From: Piromyces finnis finn | Taxonomy: Eukaryota > Fungi > Neocallimastigomycota | DNA: 64,000 nucleotides | Assembly: GCA_002104945.1 (NCBI GenBank) | Contig: MCFH01000062.1 | Coordinates: 62,001-126,000 of the forward strand | Direction of reading: 5' to 3' | Shown: one piece after another, positions 40,900-53,265 of the stretch | Layout: each line of letters starts with the position of its first letter | Numbering within the stretch: position 1 is the first letter of the stretch | Program-made: the position numbers and the translations under genes | The notes under the pieces: generated by a model | What the model saw: the letters and a program-made list of their open reading frames with translations, nothing else | Database searches by the model: none | Told to the model about the DNA's origin: nothing

Positions 40900-41646
40900 T
40901 CTTGATTTTAATTGTCATAGATAATATATAGGCATCTTTGTCATTACTTTCAATTCTTTTTAATTCTTCTAAAATAAATTTTACCTTTTGATCCGGTGTG
41001 CTTTCATCAAGCACATACATATCATTTATTACTTCATAATTATTACAATTTTGTCAAAGTTTTCTTTTGATATACCATCTTTTTTCTGATACATTGAAAG
41101 TAACTGATTAACTAGGTCTTTATCACATAAATATTTGATATATGTGGATGCCAAATCGTATCTAAAATTAAAATCGTAAACATAATGTTTAATCATCATT
41201 ATGCCCTAATCTCTGTTTAAAAGATACATAAAGACCTTGGTAGTGAATAAATTATTTTCCATCAATAATTTTGCAATGTTAAAATTATTTTGAACATAAT
41301 TGACATCGCCCCCTTTACTGATAATGAAGTCTGCAATTTTAAAATGTTTTTTTGAAATTGCAGCATATAGTGGCGATTTAATTTCACCATTTTTGAAAAT
41401 GGTGAATTTATTGATATTATATTTCAATCTACTTAATAATATGTCTAAAAACTCAATTGAAACATTGCATTCAATTGCTGTGATAACTATATCAAATTCT
41501 TTTTCTTTAATTAAATTAGTGAGTTGAACCATTTCATCTTGAAATTCAACCTCTTCAAAGAGGTCTTGTTCTGACTCATAAGAAATTGGCATAGTGCTCT
41601 TATCACTGTCACAGTCATTATAATCAATATTGTAATTGCTATTCAT
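40900..41646 (-). pseudogene. Ankyrin-repeat protein pseudogene
   Basis: SPLYAAISKKHFKIADFIISKGGDVN is an ankyrin consensus. Coding-like sequence continues beyond the stop at 41206. Confidence 0.7.
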
Positions 41647-42358
41647 TTTGAAAAATAAAATAAAAATAGTTGAATTTGAATTTGTTTAACAAACTAAAAA
41701 TAAATAATATTTTACTGGTGTTTTTTTTTAAATAAAAAACAATAAATATTAAAAGATAAAAAAAAAAGTATTTTATTTTTTAATAAATAAAATTTAATTA
41801 TCAATTTTACTTAAAAAATTTAAATAAAATGTTTTAAATAAAAAAGAAATTATAAAATTTTAAAAGATATTACCATGTTATAGCCCACAAATATATTATT
41901 ACACATTTACTTTACTTAGTGAATTAATGCTAAAATGCCATTTATTAAAAAAATTTTATCATGAAAAAAATATTTTAATATAAAAGAAATAAATGAAAAA
42001 GATTTACGCAATTCACAATTAAAAAAATAAAAACATATATAAGAAATGAAAATGAAATGTATTGTAAATATTTTAATATTATAAATTTATGCAAGAAATG
42101 TTTATTATATTTTAACATATTATTAAATATCAAGTCAATATAAGATATTGTAAATTAATAATTATAATAATAATCTTATTATGATTAATTTTTATTTATA
42201 TTGTAAAGAATATAGAGAAAATAAATAATTTTATATATTTTTATTTATTATTACAAACTTTTCTTAATTTTTACTTATTTTTTAATTTTTATTGTTACTT
42301 TTAAATTGATTAAAAACTAATACTATTTATATATTATAATTTTATTATATAATTACTT

Positions 42359-42572
<214 letters not shown>

Positions 42573-43340
42573 TTAAGCATCATCATGTTGTTTTAATTTA
42601 AAAATATTTTAAATTTAAAAAAAACGATACGACTTTTTATTGTTATTCACATTATAATATATTCTTCATCACCTTTTTTAAAATATAAAATTATTTAACC
42701 TATACTTTTTATTATAATTTCTAAATATAATATAAAAATAAAAATTTTAATTATTTTTAACTATTATTAATTTATCAATTTAAAAAGATATTCATATTTT
42801 AGTAAAGTTTAGAATTTTTAAGATAATAGGATTTTACATTTGATATTTAGAGAATAAAAATATTGAAATTTAATAAAGTTATAAATAAAAAATTATATTT
42901 TTTAAAACATATTTTTATTTTACATAAAAATATTACATTCTAATTTTTATTGATTTACTGAAAATGAAAATAATGAGATTAAAATGAAGCCTAATAATAA
43001 GATAAAATTTTATAAATTTAAATAACCATTTTATAAGAAACAAATACAAGTTAACTAAAGATGTTAAATTAGTTATTATTATTTTCCATAATCAATGTCT
43101 TTGTGAAAATAAAATACATTCCAAAATAATATTTTATGTATTTTTTATGTATTTGTATTTTATAAAATTATAAATTAATATTGTACTACATTTTTATTCT
43201 TTGGTTATTTTTTTTTTAATAAAAAGATTTTAAGAAAGTTACAATATTTATATTATAAAATAAATATAAATAAATAAAAGATTATAAAAACCCAAATAGT
43301 TTTATAAACAAATTTAAGTGTAAACTAAATTTATCTGACA

Positions 43341-43354
43341 GATTAAGAGTCTCA
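43341..43354 (+). promoter_or_regulatory. Copia PBS complementary to the anticodon arm of tRNA-Lys(CUU)
   Basis: GATTAAGAGTCTCA follows the LTR-terminal CA directly. Its reverse complement TGAGA-CT-CTT-AA-TC is a eukaryotic tRNA-Lys(CTT) anticodon stem-loop. Confidence 0.7.
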
Positions 43355-44525
43355 ATTGCTCTTATATTTAAGTAAGTTTTTTTTTAATATGTCAAAAAGA
43401 AAATCTAACGGAGATACTGGATCAATTCCTATATTCGATCCTACCGTTATGCTAGGAAAGGTCACTTATGAATTGAACAATAAAAATTTCATAACGTGGC
43501 AAATGTTTATGAGGAATATTTTAAATTATTATGGTCTTGAAGATTGGGTTGATGAAAACAAAACCCCAAAGATCAAAAGTGACGAAGGAATGGATATCGA
43601 CGGAGAAGAATATCTAAAGGCACCTTTTGAAATCAATACCTACTATGATAAGAACGTAACCGAAGATGACTTAAAAACAGATAGGAATATCCAATTTTTA
43701 ATTAGGTATACTTTAGGCCCAAACTGCCAACAAGATATCCAAGATAGGTCTTTAACAAGCTACGAAATGTGGAAACTATTAGAAGACATTTATTTAGGGG
43801 ATAAAATAGAAAGAAAGAATAGGCTTATTAAGGAAACAAACTCCTTAAAATACGACCCGAAAGAAAGTTTCTCAAGATTTGTAAATAAGTTAAATTCCAA
43901 CTTTAATAAGTTAGAACAACTAAATGTGAAAATAGATGATGAAGAAAAAATTGGTTTACTGTATCAAGCCTTACCAGAAAAATATAGGAAAGTCACAGTC
44001 CTTAAGCATGAAGACTGGGAAGAATGCAAAAAGGACACAGCAAGAATGATAGATAAGATGAACAAATTTGATCCGAAAGAGAAATCTGAAACCTTCGGAA
44101 TTAGACATATCTTTAGTGTTGAAGGTAGTTACAAAGGTGATAAAAGAAAGGAAAGTACTAAATACTACCGCAAAAAACAAAGTAATAATCATAATAAAAA
44201 TACAAATAAAGGAAAAGAAAAGTCCAATGAAGAAAGAAATTGGAATAACAAAAATAAACAAAACATTACATGTTATTTTTGTCATCAAAAAGGACATACT
44301 GTAAAACAATGTCGTATTCAAAAAGAACTTTCAGAAGAAGTTACAAGAAGGCTAAGAAAAGAGAAAAATAAAGGCAAGGAAGCATTTTTAGCAACAGGTG
44401 AAACAGTAAATAAACAAACCACTGAAGACTTTGAACCAGAAGTTGGATATCAAGATTTGTTTACAGTTGATTACAATACATTATTTGACAATAACAATGA
44501 TGAATGTAATAATAAATCATGCAAT

Positions 44526-45129
44526 TGTAAAGTCGACACAGAAAGAATAGATTAGGATATCTATTCTATTACAATAACACTAAATTTAAAATAAAAATAA
44601 AAAATTGTTTTATTAAAAATATCTTTTATTATAATAGAATTTTAATAATAACAATTACATCGATAAAATGATGAAAAATATCTTCTATTTATATTTTTCC
44701 TAAATACATTTATATTATATTATAACTATTTATTTCTTATATATTATTATTTAAAATCTACACTAAAATCTTAATTATTAATAAATATTTAAACTATAAC
44801 TATTTTTAGTAAAATACAATTGGCAATTCAAATTAAGTACTATTCAATTTGAATATGTGCCCATGTATTATTGATATATTAATCATTTATTATTTATCTA
44901 TTTCTATAAAAAAACAATACTAAAACTAGGGATTTAAATTGAGAATATTAATTTACTTGTTAAACATTAAAAATAAATTAATAATTTATTTTGTTTTAAA
45001 CTTTAATTATTAATAAATAAATTATGTCTCATTTTCTTTTTCTGAATATAATTTGTGTAACTTAAACAATAATACTTGTGGCTTAAGTTACATTAAAGAT
45101 ATCAAACAGAGGCGTTTGATATCTTTACA
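44526..45129 (-). mobile_element. Solo LTR X1 (604 bp, family of gypsy V), TSD GCAAT
   Basis: TGTAAAG...CTTTACA flanked by GCAAT at 44521-44525 and 45130-45134. Near-identical reverse complement of 45856-46457. Its removal restores the copia frame. Confidence 0.92.
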
Positions 45130-45729
45130 GCAATTACGTATCTTGTGAAAATGTACCTACAAGTTTTACTACATGGACTTTAGATTCTGGTGCTTCTAAT
45201 CATATTACCAAAGATATAGGAATTCTCAAAAATGTTTTTGAACATGTAGAACCAATCAATTATGCAAATGGAGCGACTACAAAGTCAACACATATGGGTG
45301 AAGTAAATGGATCTATTAATGAAGAACCAATAAAATTAGAAGATGTAATGTACATCCCAGATGTAAAACGAAATTTAATTTCTGTTGCCAAGTTAGTTAA
45401 AAGTGGCTACCAAATAATCTTTGATGAGAAGAACAATAATGTATTTGCATATATAAAAGATAAGAAAACAGATAATGTATACGAAGTTAAAGCAAATGAA
45501 TATGATGTATTCAATTTGTACATCAAAGAAGGTAATGTAGTTAATAATTACTCAATGTGCGATAATGTACGAAACAATGGTGAATACTGGCATAGAAGAA
45601 TAGGGCATCTGAATTTCAACAATAATGATGAAAAGAACAATATTCACAATTGTACAATATGCATGAGAAGCAAAATGAAAGAAATCCCTCATAAAAGGTC
45701 AGATAGTAGAGCATCAAGTGTTTTGGAAC

Positions 45730-45855
45730 TGTAACGAAATATTATAATAATAAACACACACACTCTAATGTATCAAATATATATGTATTTTTTTAATAAT
45801 GTTTATTTATTAAATTTATTATTATAATACGACTAACTCGCTAGGTCAGTGTATT
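45730..45855. mobile_element. Stub of a further LTR (Q) inserted in the copia integrase and itself interrupted by V
   Basis: Copia coding ends abruptly at ...SVLE-L. The following sequence starts TGTAAC and is non-coding. The other end is outside the window. Confidence 0.55.
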
Positions 45856-46507
45856 TGTAAAGATATCAAACGCCTCTGTTTGATATCTTTAATGTAACTT
45901 AAGCCACAAGTATTATTGTTTAAGTTACACAAATTATATTCAGAAAAAGAAAATGAGACATAATTTATTTATTAATAATTAAAGTTTAAAACAAAATAAA
46001 TTATTAATTTATTTTTAATGTTTAACAAGTAAATTAATATTCTCAATTTAAATCCCTAGTTTTAGTATTGTTTTTTATAGAAATAGATAAATAATAAATG
46101 ATTAATATATCAATAATACATGGGCACATATTCAAATTGAATAGTACTTAATTTGAATTGCCAATTGTATTTTACTAAAAATAGTTATAGTTTAAATATT
46201 TATTAATAATTAAGATTTTAGTGTAGATTTTAAATAATAATATATAAGAAATAAATAGTTATAATATAATATAAATGTATTTAGGAAAAATATAAATAGA
46301 AGATATTTTTCATCATTTTATCGATGTAATTGTTATTATTAAAATTCTATTATAATAAAAGATATTTTTAATAAAACAATTTTTATTTTTATTTTAAATT
46401 TAGTGTTATTGTAATAGAATAGATATCCTAATCTATTCTTTCTGTGTCGACTTTACAATAACAATTACCTAACTACTTCAAGAGTACGTTAGGATATCTA
46501 CTACTGT

Positions 46508-46580
46508 CAGAAGAAGAATTTATAGAAGAACTTGGTTGCTACCATAGAAGAAGAATATACCGAAGTACTTGGTTGCTACC
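46508..46580 (+). repeat. 37-bp tandem repeats in the V leader (continue at 52934-52983 beyond Y)
   Basis: cagaagaagaatttatagaagaacttggttgctacca-type units, about 3.4 copies once Y is removed. Confidence 0.85.
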
Positions 46581-49500
46581 TGTAAAAGTATAAAATTTAA
46601 AACAGATTTTATACTTAAAACAAAACAATTTTTATTAACACAAAAATAAAAAAATAAAACATTAAATTTTTATTTTAAAAAAAAAACATTTTTATTTAAA
46701 CTCTTAAAAATATTATTAACTATATAATAGTTAATAATTAAAAAATTGAAAATAACAATTACATCGATTTAACAAATAAAAATTACATGTATTTATATTT
46801 TTTCATAATTATATTCTAATATATTATTCTATTTAAATAAACATATATTTAATATAAAATAAACAAAACTAATTTAATTAAATAATAAAATAACAGAACT
46901 AAACTAAACTAATTCATTATACTTTTAATTCAATTTGAGTAAACTCAAAATTGAATAAAGCCCATGTATTTTCTATAAATTAATTTAATATTATCAATAC
47001 TATTCTTAATATATTTCCTATTGAAATATAAATAAATCTATTTTTAAAACTAAGTTAAAATTATTAAACTATTCTAAATTTAAATAAAAAAGTATAATCT
47101 ATTCTAAAATTAAATAAAAAGTATTTGAAAAATATTTTAATTATTTAAAATATTTGAAATATTTAAATTTAATTAAAATTCTTTTATTCCTTAAACTTAA
47201 ATATTTATCTTAATTTAAATTTAACGGAATTATTATAAAATAATTTATTATTAAATTATTCCATAAAATTTACTAAAAAATTTTATAATCAGTTTTACTA
47301 AATATTAATTTATTATTTAATAATTAATAATTAATTATTAAATAATCTAAAGATATATATTATATCTTTACAATCTCGCCCTTTAAGTCGAGCTCCTGCG
47401 AGATTATTTTCTTGAAGAAATTTAAATAACAAATGGTTACTACTTTTTCTAAATCATAACATTGTTAAAAAAATATATAAGTATTTAATTTATTTATACT
47501 CTTATTATCATTCTTGTTACTTATACATAATTCTAATAATTTATCTAAAACTTAATCATCAAGAATCCATTTGTTTTTATATTCAGATTATGGTTATTTA
47601 TAAATTGTTTTCTATTAACATTTTTATTTAAGTATTCAAAACAAAACATTTACTTAAGTTTCAAATTTTTATTTATTCAATTCTTCTTGATCATCATGAC
47701 TTTTATAATCTTCTTATGCATGATTAAAATTCTATTTTACAATTTTAATACTTTTTATTAATACTTATAATAATCTGTTCAACTTTCTTTGATTTATTAG
47801 CTGAAGAAATTTCAATATTAAATTTTAAATTAAATCCATAGTTTGTATAAAATTGAAATTGATTGATTGATTACAATAAAATATTATAAGTAGATTCCAA
47901 TATAACAATCAATTCGATTTTATTAACCAACGGAGATATTGGAACAATATCTCGTTCACCCTCTCATTTAAATGAAAAGTCTGTGATAAAATTTATATAA
48001 AATATATCAAACAGACAATTCTAAAATTATAAAGAAAATAGCATTTAAAGAGTATTAAATGTTTTTTATTATTGTACAAACTTTAAACCAAGTGGAACTT
48101 ATTTTTTTTTAAAGGTTATTATTAAGCAAATAAATATAACAAAATTCTTAGTAATAAAATATTTGTAAAAAAAATTAACATTCATTAATAATAATGGAAA
48201 AACATCATTCAATAATTATATTAACTATACCACTATTTTTTTTTCATCTTATTATTAAATAAACAAAAGTGGTATCAAGTCATCAAGTAAATACTATAAT
48301 TTAATTAACAAATTTATCATTTTTAGACGTTTTTAAAATACTTTTAGCATATTTATAATTCTCTTTTATTTTATAATTTATCAATATATGGTATTATAAA
48401 ATTATTTCTTTTTTAAAAATTTAACAATGAATTCATAAATTTAAATATCATCAATAAAACATCACAGAATTGATATAAACATATACATAATGTTGTACTA
48501 AATATTATTAATTATAAAGTAATTAAAATACTTCATCAAAAGCATCACTTAAAATATTAAAATAGAGCTGATACATTTTTGAATAAAAGGTATGATAATA
48601 AATTAAAAATGCCATATAAAGATTAAAGCAATTTTAAATTCATCACTTTATTTAATTCTTACTAAGCTATTGATATATTTAAATTTAGTTTAAAAACATA
48701 TTTTACTCCATTTATCTTATTTATTGATTAAAGGAATATATGAATTTCAATAATTATATCATTTAATTTCCTACAATCAATATATAGTAATTATAGTTAT
48801 CAATCTCATTATACTTCCATTAAAAAGAATTGTATAAAGATTAAAATCTTTTTTTTTTTCCTTTATAAAGTTCGTTTTATTAAGTACATAAAAACTATTC
48901 ATTTATTAAAAACTCTTATAATTATTATACATATTACATTAATTTATATTTGTTTTATTCATTATATTTATTACATTTATCATATTTATTAACTTATTAT
49001 ATTTATTAATTTATTCTATTTATTACATTTATCATATTTATTAACTTATTCTATTTATTACTTTATTCTATTTATTACATTTTATTATATTTTTTTTTCA
49101 TTTGTTGTATTTATTAATTCTATTTTTTTTTTTTAATTATTATTAATACTAACTATTATACTATCAAGTTGTTACTATTACTAAAACTATTCCTCATTAA
49201 TTTCTATTATAGCTATTTCTAATTCTACAATACTAATACATTACAATCATATTTATTTTTTAAATTACATTTATTATAATCAGAATTATTTAGATAACAT
49301 TATTTTCCATAGGACGAATGTACTTAACATTTTGTTATAATCCTCCACAATTCAGTAATTCATTAAGTTTCTTTTTAAAACATTGGAATTTTCAAATTTA
49401 TTATTTCATTACTGAATTGTTCTTCTTTCTTGTTTCTTTTTATTTTCATTTTATTCTTTATAAAATCCAGATAAATGAAATTAAGAACAGATCCAGAATA

Positions 49501-50070
49501 GATTAATTTTCTAGCTCTGATTTCACTACCATCATATTATTAAGAATAAAAAATATTACACTCATTTCTTATTATATATTTATTTAACTTTATAATTATT
49601 CAATCAAAACTACTATATTAATTTATTCAAGTTATTTGAATCTTTTAAATATAAAACTTACTTCTTAATAAAAATATAAACTTATTAACTAGATATACAA
49701 TAACTTCTTTATAAAAAATTCTTTATTTAATTAATTTATTTTAATTTATTAAATATAAAAAACATAATTTATTTAACAACTAAATTTGTAAAACCTCCTC
49801 ATATTGAATTCAAATTATTTTAATTATTTATTCTTAATCATTTGTTTAATAAATTATTTAATAAACTATTACAATCAAATTATCTTAATTTACTAAATAT
49901 AAAAATAATTTTTTTTTTTTAATAAATGTATAACTTTTTAAATAACTAAATTTGTATTGACTTTTGTTGATAAATTCAAATCAAATTAAAAATGCTTTAA
50001 ATTTATATTCTAATTATTAAGAATTTTCTATTTAGTCAAATATTCAGTTATATAAAATACACCTTTATAT

Positions 50071-51574
50071 AAAAGAAGTCAACTCCATCCTATCAACTGG
50101 TGTCAGCGAATTCTTTATAAAGTATAAAACATGTTATTACAATGAAATTAAATTATTTTTTTTTTTAAGCTCGTTTTCGTATTACTTCATAATATTTTAA
50201 TATATTATTTAATAAACTTCTTAATTGTATTTATCTAATTTAATTAATAATATATAATCCTTGAATATATTTTATTTATTTAGTTAGTTAATCGAATTTA
50301 TATTGTATCTTCATATTAAAGAAGTCGACCTGACTCTATCCTTTAAAGAAAAGGTGTCATCGAATTATTTATTTAGTATAAAATTAAATTATTTTAAAAG
50401 TAATTTTAAATATCAAATCATTTTCTAACTTCATTAAATTAAATTATATATTTCAAATTTTCAAGTTAAATTAATTTATAGTATTTTCAATTTAATTTAT
50501 TATATACTATTTCCCAAAAAGATGTCGATCTGACTCTGTCCTCTAAAAAGGTGTCATCGAAATCTTATTATAATAAAGAATAATTTATTTATTTAACTAA
50601 CTTTACACATTTATTACTTTTACTTTTATTGTAAAATTTTAATTCATTTCTTAATTTTAATTTATTATATACTATATCTAAAAGATGTCGCTCAGACTCT
50701 ATCCTATCAAAAGGTGTCGAGCGAGGTCTTTTATGTATATAATAAATTCATTTCAAATTTACTTATTATATAATCAAATTTTAATTTGTTTTAATTATAT
50801 ATTCAATTTAATTTATTATATACAATATCTAAAGATGTCGCTCAGACTCTATCCTATCAAAAGGTGTCGAGCGAGGTCTTTTATAGTATATAATAAATTT
50901 ATTTCAATAAGATAACTTATTCCTCAACTACTTTTAATTAATAAATATCAAAATTTTAATTTTCATATTTCTCAATGTATTTTAAATAAATCTAAAATTA
51001 TTATATACTACGTCTAAAAGATGTCGCTCAGACTCTATCCTATCAAAAGGTGTCGAGCGAGGTCTTTTATAATATATAATAAATATATTTCAATAAAATA
51101 ACTTTTTCCAATAGGTGATATTTACATTTTAATTCACTTATTTCTCAATTTCATTTTAATTAATAAATATCAAAATTTTAATTTTCATACAATATATTTT
51201 AAATAATTCTATAATTATTATATACCATGTTTAAAAGATGTCGCTCAGACTCTATCCTATCAAACGGTGTCGAGCGAGGTCTTTTAAGTATATAATAAGT
51301 TCATTTCAAAATAACAATTAATAATTCATTCAAATAAGTGAAATCAACATACTAATTCACTTATTTCTCAATATATTTAAATAATTTTAAAATTTTATTA
51401 ACTTTTTCTTAATTTTCTTTCTTTTTAAATAAGTTTTAATTTTCTTACTTTGCAATTAATTTTTTGATTTAATTTACTCTTTTAATTGTATATATCCAAT
51501 TTAATTTATAATATACTATGTATAAAAGATGTCGCTCAGACTCTATCCTATCAAACGGTGTCGAGCGAGTTCTT
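50071..51574. repeat. Array of 8 copies of a ~50-bp hairpin-forming motif with AT-rich spacers
   Basis: aaagatgtcgctcagactctatcctatcaaa(a/c)ggtgtcgagcgag(g/t)tcttt at 50681, 50831, 51017, 51234 and 51525. Diverged copies at ~50071, 50318 and 50517. Confidence 0.9.
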
Positions 51575-51704
51575 TTTATAGTATATTATAATTAAATTTA
51601 ATTTTAAAAGAGTTTCATCAATTTAAAAACAAGAGTATTTCATAAATATATTTCTATTAGTATTACAGATAGATTTTATATATAAAGATTTCATTGTTCC
51701 ATAC

Positions 51705-52050
51705 AGTAGAGTTACACTTATTCCAATTCCAATATAAAAAGGAAAGTTTCACAGAGTAGAAGTTCCACAAGCAAAGTTCCACGAGATTCGTTCAAAAGAA
51801 TTCCACGAAGGAAGGATTTCACAAGGTAGTGTTCCACAAGTAGGTAAAAATTCCACAATTATAGTTCCACAAAGTAGTGTTTCACAAAATTTATTTAGAA
51901 TTTCACAAAGTAGGGTAACACAAAATTAATGTTACACTGACAGAAGTTACACCATAAATAGTTCCACAAGGTAGGCTTCTCAAGTAGACAAAAAAAAAAT
52001 TTCCGAAGAGAAAAAATTTCCGAAAAGTTCCAAATTTTCTACGGTAGCAA
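51705..52050. repeat. Cluster of short degenerate (G/A)TT(C/T)CAC(A/G) repeats in the Y leader
   Basis: More than a dozen gttccac/tttcac/attccac words spaced roughly 13-25 bp apart, just inside the Y PBS. Confidence 0.75.
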
Positions 52051-53128
52051 TTCCCAATGTTGTAACTTCAGAAAATAAAAATTGTTTTATTATTAAATAT
52101 AAAACGTGTTTTTTAATAAGAAAAGGTAATTGTTATTGTAAAAGTATAAAATTTAAAACAGATTTTATACTTAAAACAAAACAATTTTTATTAACACAAA
52201 AATAAAAAAATAAAACATTAAATTTTTATTTTAAAAAAAAAACATTTTTATTTAAACTCTTAAAAATATTATTAACTATATAATAGTTAATAATTAAAAA
52301 ATTGAAAATAACAATTACATCGATTTAACAAATAAAAATTACATGTATTTATATTTTTTCATAATTATATTCTAATATATTATTCTATTTAAATAAACAT
52401 ATATTTAATATAAAATAAACAAAACTAATTTAATTAAATAATAAAATAACAGAACTAAACTAAACTAATTCATTATACTTTTAATTCAATTTGAGTAAAC
52501 TCAAAATTGAATAAAGCCCATGTATTTTCTATAAATTAATTTAATATTATCAATACTATTCTTAATATATTTCCTATTGAAATATAAATAAATCTATTTT
52601 TAAAACTAAGTTAAAATTATTAAACTATTCTAAATTTAAATAAAAAAGTATAATCTATTCTAAAATTAAATAAAAAGTATTTGAAAAATATTTTAATTAT
52701 TTAAAATATTTGAAATATTTAAATTTAATTAAAATTCTTTTATTCCTTAAACTTAAATATTTATCTTAATTTAAATTTAACGGAATTATTATAAAATAAT
52801 TTATTATTAAATTATTCCATAAAATTTACTAAAAAATTTTATAATCAGTTTTACTAAATATTAATTTATTATTTAATAATTAATAATTAATTATTAAATA
52901 ATCTAAAGATATATATTATATCTTTACACTACCACAGAAGAAGAATTTATAGAAGAACTTGGTTGCTACCATAGAAGAAGAATTACTGAAACAATTATAG
53001 GTTAAACTCTGTTGCTGCCCTTGTTAAAGGAATTCTACCGAAGGAATCAATATATAGATACAAAACTTGTTCGACATTGCTTTGCAGAACGCGTTTGAAT
53101 AACTTTTGTATTTAAATAGATTGTATTA

Positions 53129-53163
<35 letters not shown>

Positions 53164-53265
53164 AAGATTACTTACTTGAAACAGTAGTAAGAAAACATTT
53201 TTTATTTTATTTAATAGTTTACGTTGGAGGCCTTAATTAGTGAGTTTGAAAGTTTAAATTTAGAG

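Larger units (their letters stand above)
43062..45729 (+). mobile_element. Ty1/copia retrotransposon, 5' part (putative LTR 43062-43340, gag, protease, start of integrase), interrupted by X1 and Q
   Basis: Putative LTR TGTTA...TGACA (left edge uncertain). Gag 43389-44525 with CYFCHQKGHTVKQC knuckle. After removing X1 the frame continues to WTLDSGASNH (protease), NLISVAKL, WHRRIGH and CTIC. Confidence 0.88.
46581..52928 (-). mobile_element. Non-autonomous, non-coding LTR element Y (LARD-like): 792-bp LTRs at 46581-47372 and 52137-52928, TSD CTACC
   Basis: Direct repeats with TG..CA ends, identical as far as read. CTACC at 46576-46580 and 52929-52933. Minus-strand PBS ATAACAATTAC (52136-52126) and PPT AAAGGGCGAGAT (47384-47373). 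The 4764-bp interior has no ORF over 80 aa. Confidence 0.92.

Noticed and set aside
44526-46457. DNA transposon with 600-bp terminal inverted repeats
   Set aside because: The left copy has its own 5-bp TSD and the right copy is followed by a PBS. These are two independent LTR insertions in opposite orientation.
50681-50731. Known small ribozyme (hammerhead, HDV, twister) in the repeated motif
   Set aside because: CTGAGCGA is not CUGANGA and is not conserved in the diverged copies. Stem order does not fit HDV, and the twister UAA/GAGG elements are not conserved.
50071-51574. CRISPR array
   Set aside because: Spacers are 100-240 bp, AT-rich and partly similar to each other. There are no cas genes, the context is eukaryotic and the array lies inside an LTR element.
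53123-53160. Retroposon insertion at the poly(A) run in the V leader
   Set aside because: No convincing TSD or second copy in the window.
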